A stretch of DNA of 64,000 nucleotides. Source: Malacoraja senta. Lineage: Eukaryota. The stretch spans positions 7,442,001 through 7,506,000 of the forward strand of contig CM075992.1 in assembly GCA_038087875.1 (NCBI GenBank), in the 5' to 3' direction. This document shows positions 52,975 through 64,000 of this stretch, piece after piece; position 1 is the first letter of the stretch, and every line of letters starts with the position of its first letter. The notes under the pieces are model-generated. The model did not search any database, was not told the origin of the DNA, and saw nothing but the letters and a program-made list of their open reading frames with translations. Position numbers and translations under genes: made by a program.

Positions 52975-53052
52975 GCCTCATAATGCCAGGTCCCCCCCTC
53001 CCACTCCAGCTCCGCCTCATAATGCCAGGTCCCCCCCTCCCACTCCAGCTCC
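52975..53052. repeat. 39-bp tandem duplication upstream of the 53149 acceptor
   Basis: GCCTCATAATGCCAGGTCCCCCCCTCCCACTCCAGCTCC x2. Confidence 0.85.
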
Positions 53053-53148
53053 TCCTTTGTCCCCCACCCCCCTCATGGTGGTACCCCAAGCCGGGGCCCC
53101 CCTTTACCCACCGCCGTTACCCTAACCAGCGCGTTTGTTCTCTACAAG

Positions 53149-53378
53149 GAGCCCGCTCGCACCAGCTCGCCCTCCAGATGGAGCCTCGCGGGGTGTTCTA
53201 CCTGAAGGTGTCTCTGGTGGATGTGTGGGAGGTGCCGGCCGGTGGCCCGGACGAGCCTCAGGAGCCCAGGGTCTTCAGGGTGGACATCAGCGAGCTGGTG
53301 GAGAGGGAACGCTCGGCAGTCAGCGTCCCCTTGCTGATACAGAAGTGCGTCTCGGAGATCGAGCGGCGAGGACTGAAG
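53149..53378 (+). CDS. SYDE1: SYDE1 exon 3 of 7 identified (end of C2, start of RhoGAP)
   Basis: tctacaAG|GA ... AAG|GTGAGG, phase 1/0. Encodes GARSHQLALQMEPRGVFYLKVSL...VFRVDISELVERE...VPLLIQKCVSEIERRGLK. Confidence 0.92.
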
Positions 53379-54039
53379 GTGAGGCACAGCGGCGAGGGTG
53401 TGACACTGGGGACACAGGGGGGGGGGGGGGGAGTGTTGGGACCTTGGAATAACAGGATGCTTCCTGGGTGGGTGGGAGATGGGTGGGAGGCAGTGGCAGT
53501 GGCAACGGGCAGTGGTGTGGGCAGTGGGGGGAGGGGTCTGCGTGTGGGTCGGTGTTGAGGGAGAGGGTAAAGTTGGGGGGTCACTGGACAGAGTGGAATA
53601 GACAATAGACAATAGGTGCAGGAGAAGGAGTAGGCCATTTGGCCCTTCGAGCCAGCACCGCCATTCAATGTGATCATGGCTGATCATCCACAATCAGTAC
53701 CCGTTCCTGCCTTCTCCCCATATCCCCTCTCCGCTATCTTTAAGAGTTAAATCTAACTCTCTCTTGAAAGCATCCAGAGAATCGGCCTCAACTGCCTTCT
53801 GAGGCAGAGAATTCCACAGATTCACAACTCTCTGGGTGAAAACGTTTTTCCTCATCTCTGTTTTAAATGGCTTACTCCTTATTCTTATAATAACAGGACG
53901 GTGCCTGGGTGGGGGAAGACGTACGGAGTGGTGGGTGGGGACAGGGCTGGGAATGGGTGGAGGGGGCAGAGTGGGGGCAAAGTGTGGGGGAGAGACGGCG
54001 GGGGCAAAGGGTGTAATGAGGGTGATGGATTGTGTGGGT

Positions 54040-54176
54040 GAGGAGAGTGTGTGTGAGTGTGTGGGTGAGGGGAGTGTGTGGGTGAGACGAGTGTGGGTGA
54101 GCGAGTGTGGGTGAGAGGAGGGTGTGGGTGATTGAATGTGTGTGTGAGTGTGAGGGAGTGTGTGTGTGTGCGTGTG

Positions 54177-54253
<77 letters not shown>

Positions 54254-54489
54254 GGTGTATGTGTGTGAGGGTGTGTGTGTGTGTGTGTGAGGGAGTGTGT
54301 GTGTGAGGGAGTGTGTGTGTATGAGGGTGTGTGTGGGTGTGTGTGTGAGGGGAGTGTGTGAGGGAGTGTGTGTGTGTGTGTGAGGGTGTGTGTGTGTGTG
54401 TGTGAGGTGTGAGTGTGTGTGTGTGAGGGTGTGTGTGTGAGGGGAGTGTGTGTGTGTAGGAGTGTATATGTGTGAGGGAGTGTGTGTGT

Positions 54490-54570
<81 letters not shown>

Positions 54571-54815
54571 AGATAGTGTGTGTGTGTGTGAGGGAATGTG
54601 CGTGTGTGTGTGTGTGAGGGTGTGTGTGAGGGGAGTGTGTGTGTGTGTGTGTGGGAGTGTGTGTGTGTGAGGGGAGTGTGTGCGTGTGAGGGTGTGTGTG
54701 TTTGAGGGGAGTGTGCGTGTGTGTGTGTGGGAGTGTGTGTGTGTGTGTGTGGGAGTGTGTGTGTGTGAGGGAGTGTGTGTGTGTGTGAGGGAGTGTGAGG
54801 GTGTGTGTGTGTGTG

Positions 54816-54902
<87 letters not shown>

Positions 54903-55049
54903 GAGTGTGTGAGGGTGTGTGTGTGTGTGAGGGTGTGTGTGTGTGTGTGTGTGAGGAGTGTGTGTGTGTGTGTGAGGGTGTGTGTGTGTGTGAGGTGTGT
55001 GTGTGTGTGTGTGGGTGTGTGTGTGTGAGGGGTGTGTGTGTGTGTGTGG

Positions 55050-55101
<52 letters not shown>

Positions 55102-55104
55102 GGA

Positions 55105-55142
<38 letters not shown>

Positions 55143-55447
55143 GAGGGAGTGTGTGTGTGTGAGGGGAGTGTGTGTGTGTGTGTGGAGTGTGTGTGTGTGG
55201 GAGTGTGTGTGTGTGTGTGTGAGAGGGGAGTGTGTGTGTGTGTGTGTGGAGTGTGTGTGTGTGAGGGAGTGTGTGTGTGTGTGGAGTGTGTGTGTGTGGG
55301 AGTGTGTGTGTGTGTGTGTGTGAGAGGGGAGTGTGTGTGTGTGTGTGTGTGGGAGTGTGTGTGTGTGTGTGTGTGTGTGTGGGAGTGTGTGTGTGTGTGT
55401 GTGTGTGGTGTGTGTGTGTGTGTGTGTGTGGGAGTGTGTATGTGTGG

Positions 55448-55480
<33 letters not shown>

Positions 55481-55502
55481 AGTGTGTGTGTGGTGTGTGT
55501 GT
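54040..55502. repeat. ~1.45-kb (TG)n tract with GAGGGA interruptions
   Basis: Direct inspection. Confidence 0.95.
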
Positions 55503-56565
55503 TGATGAGTTGCCCTCGGCTGGTGTCTGGATCCCGGGGGGGGAGCGGGTCGGGACCCTTTGCTGGTGATCTGACTATTCTGCAGCCTGCAGCACCCTCC
55601 GGTGGCCGAGCCCTGCACTGCGGCGTTCATAATCCCAGCAGCAGGGTCCTGGACCAAGTCTCTTAAACTAGCAAAGACACAAAGTCCTGGAGTAACTCAG
55701 CGACTCATAAAGTCATAAATTCCAAGAGCAGAATTAGGCCATTCAGCCCATTGAGTCTACTCTACCATTCAATCATGGCTGATCTATTTTTCCCTCTCGA
55801 CCCCATTCCCCTGCCCTCCCCATAACCGCTGACACCCGTACTAATCAAGAATCTATCTATCTATCTCTGCCTTAAAATTATCCATTGACTTGTCCTCCAC
55901 AGCCATCTGTGGCAAAGAATTTCACAGATTCACCACCCTCTGACTAAAGAAATTCCTCCTCATCTCCTTTTTAAAAGCACATCCTTTTAATTTGAGGCTG
56001 TGCTCTCTGGTCCTAGACTCTCTCACTAGTGGAAACAATGTCTCCACATCCACTCTATCCAGAGACAGGTCCTTGATTATGCTTCTGGCCTTGCCGAGGC
56101 AGCGTGAGGTGTAAATGGAGTCAACGGAAGGGAGGTTGGTTTGTGTGATGGTCTGGGCAGTGTCCACAATTCTCTTGCGGTCTTAGACAATAGACAATAG
56201 GTGCAGGAGTAGGTAATTTGGCCCTTCAATGTGATCATGGCTGATCATCCCAAATCAGTACCCCGTTCCTGCATTCTCCCCATATCCCCTGACTCCACTA
56301 TTTTTAAGAACCCTATCTAGCTCTCTCTTGAAAGCATCCAGAGAACCTGCCTCCACTGCCCTCTGAGGCAGAGAATTCCACAGACTCACCACTCTCTGTG
56401 AGAAAAGTGTTTCCTCGTCTCCGTTCTAAATGGCTTACTCCTTATTCTTAAACTGTGGATGGATGGAGCTGTTCCCAAACCAAGCGGTGATGAAGCTGAT
56501 AAAATGCTTTCTGCGGCGCATAATAATCTCTCTATTTATTGTGTCTGACCAAATGGCGGCTCCAG

Positions 56566-56692
56566 GCTGTAGGTCTATACCGACTTTGTGGGTCAGCTGC
56601 TGTTAAGAAGGAACTCCGAGACACCTTTGAACGTGACAGTGCCGCCGTGAACCTCTCTGAGGAAACCTATCCCGACATCAACGTAATCACAG
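56566..56692 (+). CDS. SYDE1: SYDE1 exon 4 of 7 identified (RhoGAP arginine-finger exon)
   Basis: tccAG|GCT ... ACAG|GTGAGG, phase 0/1. Encodes [42 protein letters not shown], with the catalytic Arg (GLYR) intact. Confidence 0.93.
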
Positions 56693-57567
56693 GTGAGGTG
56701 TGGACACTCGCTGACCTTCACCTTCCAGGGGCCAGGATCACGGAATGCTGGCAGGTGACCCTTTACCTCTGACCCTGAATGCAAAATGGACGACACCTCC
56801 CTTCACAGCTGCATGGCATAGTGTTGTGGTTGTAGTTTTTGGTTTAAAGATACAGCGCAAAAACAGGCCCTTCGTCCCACCGAGTCCATGCCGACCAGCG
56901 ATCCCCGCACACTATCAGTATCCTACACACACGAGGGACAATTTTACATTTATACCAAGCCGATTAACCTGTATGTCTTTGCAGTGTGGGAGGAAACCAA
57001 AAAATGTCAATTGTCCCGTGTGTAGGATATAGTTAGTGTGCGGGGATCGCTGGTCGGCGTGGACTCGGTGGGCCGAGGGGCCTGTTTCCGCTCTGCATCT
57101 CTAAACTAAACTAACCTAAACTAATGCATAGTTTATAACATATAATCATCCCTGTAAAGCACAAAAACTCAGCAGGAAATGTACTCCAGCCATGGCTTAC
57201 GAGGTTAAAGGAAAGAGCTCATGATTGTCAGTAAGTAGAGGAAAGGGAAAGTAGTGAGAAATAGGTCAAAGTAAGGCAGCACGGTGGGTAGAGCCGATGC
57301 TCAAACCCGACCTGTGTGTGTGGAGTTTGCACGTTCTCCCTGTGACTGCGTGGGTTTCCTCCGGGTGCTCCGGTTTCCTCCCGCATCCCAGACGTGCGGG
57401 TTTGCAGGTTAATTGGCTTCTGAAAATTGCTCCCCAGTGTGTAGGGAGTGCATGAGAAAGTGGGATGACGTGAACTAGCGTGAATGGGTGATCCATCAGT
57501 TTAGAATTCCCCACCAACCGAGATGAGATTTGATTTAATGATTCCCTGATTTCATGAATCCATGGTT

Positions 57568-58040
57568 CCATGATTTAATGATGCAATGGTTTAATGATGC
57601 CGTGATTTAATGACAATGATTTAATGACGCCATGATTTAATGACGCCATGATTTAATGACAATGATTTAATGACAATGATTTATTGACGCCATGATTTCA
57701 TGACAATGATTTATTGACGCCATGATTTCATGACAATGATTTAATGACGCCATGATTTCATGACAATGATTTATTGACGCCATGATTTCATGACAATGAT
57801 TTATTGATGCCATGATTTCATGACAATGATTTATTGACGCCATGATTTCATGACAATGATTTAATGACGCCATGATTTAATGACGTGATGACTTAATAAC
57901 GCCATGATTTAATGACGCCAATAATTAATGATGCAATGAATTAATGGCACCATGATTTAATGACAATGATTTAATGCCATGATTTAATGATGCAATGAAT
58001 TAATGATGCAATTACTTAATGATGTAATAATTCAATGATA
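57568..58040. repeat. AT-rich minisatellite; core 30-bp unit CATGATTTCATGACAATGATTTATTGACGC
   Basis: Six near-identical units at 57691-57870, with degenerate 14-16-bp monomers on both sides. Confidence 0.9.
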
Positions 58041-58271
58041 CTCTAATGTCACATGTACTCAGGTACAATGAAATTCTTGGTTTGTGCATTCAATCCAATT
58101 CTCTCCATGAAGGGGAATCGACGTCCCTAGTTTGTAAGCTCAGGCCTCGGGGTTATGAGGCAGTCACCCCCTGGTACCTGGACGTGTGGAGAGGTGGACT
58201 GTCTGTCTCCTCCCCATCCATGTCTCTGTGCGGCCCCTATGTGCTGACTCTCTCCTCTGCCTGGTCCACAG

Positions 58272-58451
58272 GCATCCTGAAGGACTACCTGCGGGAGCTG
58301 CCATCTCCCCTCATCACGAAGACCCTGTATGACGTGGTGCTTGAAGCCACGGCCACCTGGCCCCTGAAGATGACCAATGGGGGTGCCCGATGCCAGCCTC
58401 TGCTCCGTCAATGCTGTGGGTCTGCTCGACTGTCTCCCGCCCGCTGAGAAG
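58272..58451 (+). CDS. SYDE1: SYDE1 exon 5 of 7 identified (RhoGAP), with an apparent +1 frameshift near 58379-58388
   Basis: ccacAG|GC ... [33 protein letters not shown]... is in one frame and [21 protein letters not shown] in the next. The exon is 180 nt where a phase 1/0 exon needs 179. Confidence 0.88.
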
Positions 58452-59514
58452 GTAACATGGTGTGAGCGTCCCGGCACCCCCCACCCCCCGCTACTCCCAC
58501 TCACTACAGGAGACAGGCACAACATGCCGGAGTAACCCAGCGGGACAGGCAGCATCTCTGGAGAGAAGGAATGGATGACATTTCGGGTTGAGACCCTTCC
58601 TCAGCTTAAAATTATCTCTCCCTCCTAACCCCATTCTCCTGCCTTCTCCCCATAACCTCTCACACCCCATACCAATCAAATTCTATATCTCTCCACCTCA
58701 CCGTCTATATCTCTCCTTTTCCTCTCCCCTGACTCTCAGTCTGAAGAAGGGTCTCGACCCTAAATCGCCCATTCCTTCTCTCCAGAGATGCTGCCTGTCC
58801 CGCTGAGTTACTCCAGCATTTTGTGCCCATCTTCGGTGTAAACCAGCATCTGCAGTTCCTTCCTTTCCATTCACTATGTTTGCGATAGTATAAAGGCCCT
58901 TCAGCCCACCAGGTCCACGCCGACCATCGATCACGTTCTATGTTATCCCACTTTCTCATGCACTCCCTATACACTGGGGGCAATTTACAGAGGGCCAATT
59001 AACCTACACGTCTTTGGGATGTGGGAGGAAACCGGAGCAGCCTGAGGAAACCCACGAGCTCACAGGGAGAACGTGCAAACTCCACACAGACAAAACCGGG
59101 TTTCTGGAACGGCAGATCCGTTCCCATAGCCGACTTCCGAGGCCGACTTTGCGGGCCGGTATCTTGGAATGGGGAAGGGGACTAGGGTAGAGGTGGAATG
59201 GGGGAGGAGGTGGGAAGGGGAGTAGGGTAGAGGAGTAAGGGGGGGAGGGGGATAGAGGGGGACAAGGGAGGGGAGTGAAGGGGGGTGAAGGGGGCTGTGG
59301 GGAGGGGGAATGAAGGGGACTGGGGAGGAGGTAGGGAAGGAAGAATGGGGGGGTTGGGGGAGAGGGAGTGGAGGGTGCATGAAGGGGGAATGGAGGAGGA
59401 GAGAAGGGGAGCAGGTGGGGAAGGAGGTAAAGGGCGATGGGGGAGTGAATGGGTAGAGGTGGATCAGGTTGTGGGTCTCTGTGTTATGTGATACTCTCCT
59501 CTCTCCTCCCTCAG

Positions 59515-59746
59515 GCCACGCTGACCCTACTCCTTGACCACCTCAGCCTGGTGGCCTCTCTGCAGGAGTCCAACAAGATGACATGCCAGAACCTGGCGGT
59601 GTGCTTTGGACCCGTTCTCCTTGGCCAGAAGCAGGAGAGCTCCCAGCATGGTTCCGTCGCCTTCTCCCACTCCAAGGAACTTGCCAGTGCTCTGGACTTC
59701 AAGAGGCACATCGAGGTGTTGCACTATCTGCTCCAACTGTGGCCCA
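59515..59746 (+). CDS. SYDE1: SYDE1 exon 6 of 7 identified (RhoGAP C-terminal half)
   Basis: ctccctcAG|GCC ... CCCA|GTAAGT, phase 0/1. Encodes [36 protein letters not shown]...[17 protein letters not shown]. Confidence 0.93.
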
Positions 59747-61238
59747 GTAAGTAGGTCGGGGTCTTCCAGGGTTCAACCACTCACTCCTGGGCTAACATAC
59801 GATGAGCATTTGACTGCACTGGGCCTGTACTCGTTAGAGTTTAGAAGGATTAGGGGGGGTACCTCGTTGAAACGTACCGAATAGCGAAATGCCTCGATAG
59901 AGTGAATGTGGGGAGGATGCTTCCACTAGTGGGAGAGTCTAGGACCAGAGGGCGTGGCCTCAGATGAAAAGGATGTTCCTTTAGAAAGGAGGAGGAGGAA
60001 TTTCTTACGTCAGAGGGTGGTGAATCTGTGGAATTCATTGCCACAGACAGATGGTGAGGCCAAGTCAATGGATATTTTAAAGATTAAGATAGATTCAGAA
60101 TCAGAATCAGATTTTATTCGCCAAGTATGTTTTGCAATATACGAGGAATTTCATTGGCCAGGTCAGTCATACAATTAAAAGCAACAGATCACTCAAAAAT
60201 ACATTTTAACATGAACATCCACCACAGTGACTCCTACACATTCCTCACTGTGATGGAAGGTGAAATAAATTTCAAGGCCTTCCTTTTGTTTTTCCTCGGT
60301 CGTGGGCCTCGAGCCCCCGTTGACGGGATGATCTTGACTCCCGTAGCCGGTGGCGTTCGGGCCCTCCGCGTCGAGGTGATCAACTCACGCATCGGGGGGA
60401 TGTCAACTCCACCGTGCCGGGCGATCGAACCTCGTGTCGGGGCTGGTTGAACCCGACCAGCCTCTCCCGAGACTATGAGCCCTTGATGGTAAGTCCACAG
60501 TGGTCGCGGTGGGAGCGATCCCAGGCAACTCCGCGCCCCGCGGTGGGGCTCGCGACAGTCCGAGTCGGCTCCCAGCTCCAGCGATGGCAGGCCGCAGAGC
60601 CCGGAGAATGTGATCTGAAAAATTAATCACATCTCCGGGAAGGTAAGAACTTGAAAAAAAATGTTTCCCCGAACACCCCCACCCCCGCCCCTACACAAAA
60701 CAAACCAAAGTACATTAAAACAAACTCTTAACAGACGCTAAAAATAACAAAAGATTTTTAAAAGAACTGACTGCCGGCAGGGCTGGCCATCTCCCCGACG
60801 ACCCTGGTGGTAATTCTTGATTAGTACGGGTGTCAGGGGTTATGGGAAGAAGGCAGGAGAATGGGGTTGAGAGGGAAAGATAGATCAGCCATGATTGAAT
60901 GGCAGAGTGGACTTGTTGGGCCGAATGATCTAATTCTTCTCCTATAACTTATGAACTTATGCAGCCTGGTAATGGAGAGGAGGAATTTGTTTAGTTTATA
61001 GATACAGCACGGAAACAGGCTCTTTGGCCCACCGAGTCCACGCCGACCTGTTCACACTAGTTCCAAGTTGTCCATCTTTCTCATCCACTCTCTGCACTCA
61101 CACACCAGGGGTAATTTACCTACAGGCCAATCAAGCTGCAAACCCACATGTTTGGGGGTTTGCTGCCACCTCGGGCTTCCTGGATCGGTGTAGGTTCTAG
61201 CGGGAATGTTTCACACTCCTCTCTCCTATCGCCCTCAG

Positions 61239-62062
61239 GTGAGCGATCCAAAGAGAAGCGGGAGGGGATGGAACAGCAGCGGGCAGGCGAGTGCCCGCGT
61301 GCAAGACCCCAGGCGCCGGCGGTGACCCCGGCAGCCGAGGAGGTGGTGTGCCGGAACCGCGTGGGCCGCTCGACAAGCTCGTCCCGCTACCGACATGCCG
61401 GAGACTGGAGCAGCTGCGGCCGGAACTACCTGCGGCCAGCGGGTGGTCAGGAGGTGGACGGGCGCGGCCAAGACCCCAATGTCCTGGGCTCGCAGCAACC
61501 TGCTGACAAGCAAGATGGCGGCCGATGGCGCACTGACGGACAAGATGGCCGCCAACACCACGCGGAGGGGCAAGATGGCCGACAGCAGCACGCGGACACA
61601 CAAGATGGTCGCCCACAGCATGCGGACACACAAGATGGCAGCCAATGTCACACGGACAAACAAGATGGCCGTCTACAGCAGGGGGACAAGCAAGATGGCC
61701 GCCAACAACACGTGGATGAAAAAGATGGTGGCCAACACCACATGGAGGGGCAAGATGGCCGCCTACTACACGCGGACAAGCAAGATGGTGGCCAACTCCA
61801 CATGGACAGACTAGACAGCAGCTTAATCCCCAGCAACAGGCAAGATGGCGGCTCGAATCCCACCAGTGGACGCAATTGTGACCTGTTGCCGGTCAACGGA
61901 CAGGGCGACAGTTTGTTTCCTGACGCCGGCCAAGATGGCAACCCTTTCAGTGACGATGATGAGTTGGACTTTGAGTCGTGTTTCAGCGGCAGGACCAAGG
62001 AGTTTGACAGTTTGATCGCTGACATTGAGCGGGAGCTGGCCAAGAAGATCATCTTCCTCTGA
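61239..62062 (+). CDS. SYDE1: SYDE1 terminal coding exon
   Basis: gccctcAG|GT (phase 1) to TGA at 62060-62062. Encodes VVCRNR, RYRHAGDWSSCGRNYL and the C-terminus EFDSLIADIERELAKKIIFL, which resemble SYDE1 rather than SYDE2. Confidence 0.88.
61511..61810 (+). repeat. Coding 30-bp minisatellite (10-aa QDGRQQHADK-like unit x10)
   Basis: CAAGATGG recurs every 30 nt from 61511 to 61781 (AAAGATGG at 61721), with in-register echoes at 61841 and 61931. Confidence 0.92.
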
Positions 62063-62391
62063 GGAGTACGGAGAGGTCGGAGGTCAGAGCCAGACACGGG
62101 CGGCTGTGGGCGTGGACTCTCCCACTCGCTGCCCGCGTGCCCAGTGTGCAATAACACGGTTGCCTGGCAACATGAGCGTCACGCCTGCTCACATGTATGT
62201 TTCCAAATGTAGCATGTGCATGGTCTTCATTCTGTCTCCCTGGGGGTTTGGTATGGAGGGTGTCCCACCGACTGTTACCACCCCCCCCCCTACCCTCAAT
62301 CAATAATCAGAGGCCCTCCCTCCCTGATCAGAGGCCCACCCGCACCCTTCCTTCCCCACCCCCTCCCACACCCAGACAAGTGCCCTTCCAG

Positions 62392-62584
62392 TGTTTAAGA
62401 AGGAACTGCAGATGCTGGAAAATCAAAGGTACACAAAAGTGCTGGTGAAACTCAGCGGGTGCAGCAACATCTATGGAGCAAAGGAAATAGGCAACGTTTC
62501 GGGCCGAAACCCTTCTTCAGACTATTTCCTTCGCTCCATAGATGCTGCTGCACCCGCTGAGTTTCTCCAGCACTTTTGTCTACC
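62392..62584. mobile_element. Inverted Penelope-like pLTR insert in the 3'UTR
   Basis: 13-bp TSD AGTGCCCTTCCAG (62379-62391, 62585-62597); internal ~60-bp inverted arms. Confidence 0.75.
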
Positions 62585-63564
62585 AGTGCCCTTCCAGCCC
62601 TGGGCTGTGATTCCCTCAAAGATTGTTGGCCTTGATGCTCCCCCTCTCCCTCACCACCTCCCCTTCCCTCCCTCTCTACCTCCCCCTCGCTGCCCAACTC
62701 CGTCTCTCTCCCTCACTACCTCACCTTCCCTCCCTCTCCACCTCCCTTCCCTTCTTTCTCCCCCCAACCACCCACCCCCTCACCTCCCCCCACCTCTCCT
62801 CCTCTCTCTTGCGCACCTCCCACCTCTCACCTCCCCACCCACTCCCTGACTGTGACCCTGTCCTTTGCCCCCTCGGTCTGTATTCCCATCCCTCCCACTG
62901 AGGGTCTGCCTCTCCGACCCACCCCCTCCACCTGACCCCTTCCCCACCCTCTCAGCCAGGCTGGGCGCTGATGAGAAGGTGGTGCCCGCTGACTATAGAG
63001 ATCCCACCTTCCCCGGGGAGATTGGAAACAGTATTTTGAGGAACTTGCTCAGGCCATTCTGCCCTATTCTGTGCAATTATCACGCTTTGTGTTTAGTGGA
63101 TCGATAAACCGCTCAGTAAGTGCTGCAAATAATCGCCCCAACACTCAGTCCACAAGAACATGTTCCACCCCCCCCTCCCCCTCAGTCAGTATTAAACAAA
63201 GGGTCTTAGCTCTGGAGACCACCGGAGGGGTTGCATATCACAAGCGTGATATAAAATAGATTGAGATCAAGTGACTTTTAAATATATTATATATATACAT
63301 ATATATATATATATAAAATGCTTTATTTAAGGTTCACATTTATTTTTGTAGATCGAACGTTTTTTCTTTTGGAGAGTTGTGAATGTATTTGCGGGGATAT
63401 TTCCCCCCCCCCCTGAGTCTGTCACATCTTCGGCCCGGGTGTGGTGCCGAATTTCCCCGGGGGTTCAAAACCAAAGGCGGATGTTGCAGCCGACTAGCGC
63501 CTGGCTCCTTCTTTCCCCACTCACTATTTATCCAAGTCTGACAAGCAGCTCCGGTACTTTGTTT

Positions 63565-63570
63565 AATAAA
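63565..63570 (+). promoter_or_regulatory. Polyadenylation signal AATAAA
   Basis: Canonical hexamer ~1.5 kb after the stop, followed by T/CT-rich sequence. Confidence 0.5.
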
Positions 63571-63597
63571 CTGTAACACTTTACTCTGAAGGTGCTG

Positions 63598-63629
<32 letters not shown>

Positions 63630-63764
63630 GCTCTCTCTCTCTGTCTGTCTGTCTTCGCCTGTGTTGGGTATTGAGGGAGTCCCGGGTGGATGGGGAGAAG
63701 GCAGGAGAATAGGGTTAGGACGGAGAGATAGATCAGCCGAGATTGAATGGCAGAGTAGACTTGT

Positions 63765-64000
63765 GTAGGAAGGAAGACAAAAGTGCTGGAGAAACTCAGC
63801 GGGTGCAGCAGCATCTATGAAGCGAAGGAAATAGGCAACGTTTCGGGCCGAAACCCTTCTTCAGACTGATGTAGGGTGGAGGGGGGTGGGGGAGAAGAAA
63901 GGAGGAAGGAAGAGGAGGAGCCCGAGGGCTGAGGGAGAGCTGAGAAGGAGAGGAGACAGCAAGGGCTACCGGAAATTGGAGAATTCAATGTTTATGCCGC
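63765..64000 (-). mobile_element. Penelope-like element 3' end (second subfamily), continuing beyond the window
   Basis: Minus strand GINIEFSNFR* followed by pLTR CTGAAGAAGGGTTTCGGCCCGAAACGTTGCC...GATGCTGCTGCACCCGCTGAG. Confidence 0.7.

Larger units (their letters stand above)
62063..63590 (+). other. SYDE1: Probable SYDE1 3'UTR
   Basis: Follows the stop codon. AU-rich stretch at ~63270-63370; AATAAA at 63565; alternative ATTAAA at 63191. Confidence 0.5.

Noticed and set aside
53885..55666. 590-aa His/Thr ORF and Cys/Val ORFs
   Set aside because: Translations of a (TG)n microsatellite. The same applies to 13593-14924, 27262-28973 and 32937-33911.
57568..61810. 30-bp periodic arrays as CRISPR-like loci
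   Set aside because: Vertebrate context, no unique spacers and no cas genes; they are tandem minisatellites.

Overview
Eukaryotic, repeat-dense genomic DNA. The repeat content (HE1-like V-SINEs, CR1/HER1-like LINEs, Rex1/Babar, Tx1, Penelope-like termini) points to a cartilaginous fish, probably a skate or ray (inference). One protein-coding gene is supported: a SYDE-family Rho GAP, most likely SYDE1, on the + strand. It has seven phase-consistent GT-AG coding exons between 42929 and 62062 encoding about 967 aa (N-terminal IWYNPIPE motif, C2 domain, RhoGAP domain, acidic C-terminus). The start exon was not identified, and there is one apparent +1 frameshift at a G5 run in the fifth identified exon. 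The rest is intronic/intergenic mobile-element debris, micro- and minisatellites and two 200-N gaps. Main second-look items: ORF-less Penelope-like termini carrying hammerhead-ribozyme-like cores, several inserted as TSD-flanked hairpins (one in the 3'UTR); a coding 30-bp repeat whose units carry YY1-like motifs; a recent ~300-bp inverted duplication; and an apparent CR1 3' transduction. Repeat boundaries are approximate and family names come from recognition, not a database search.
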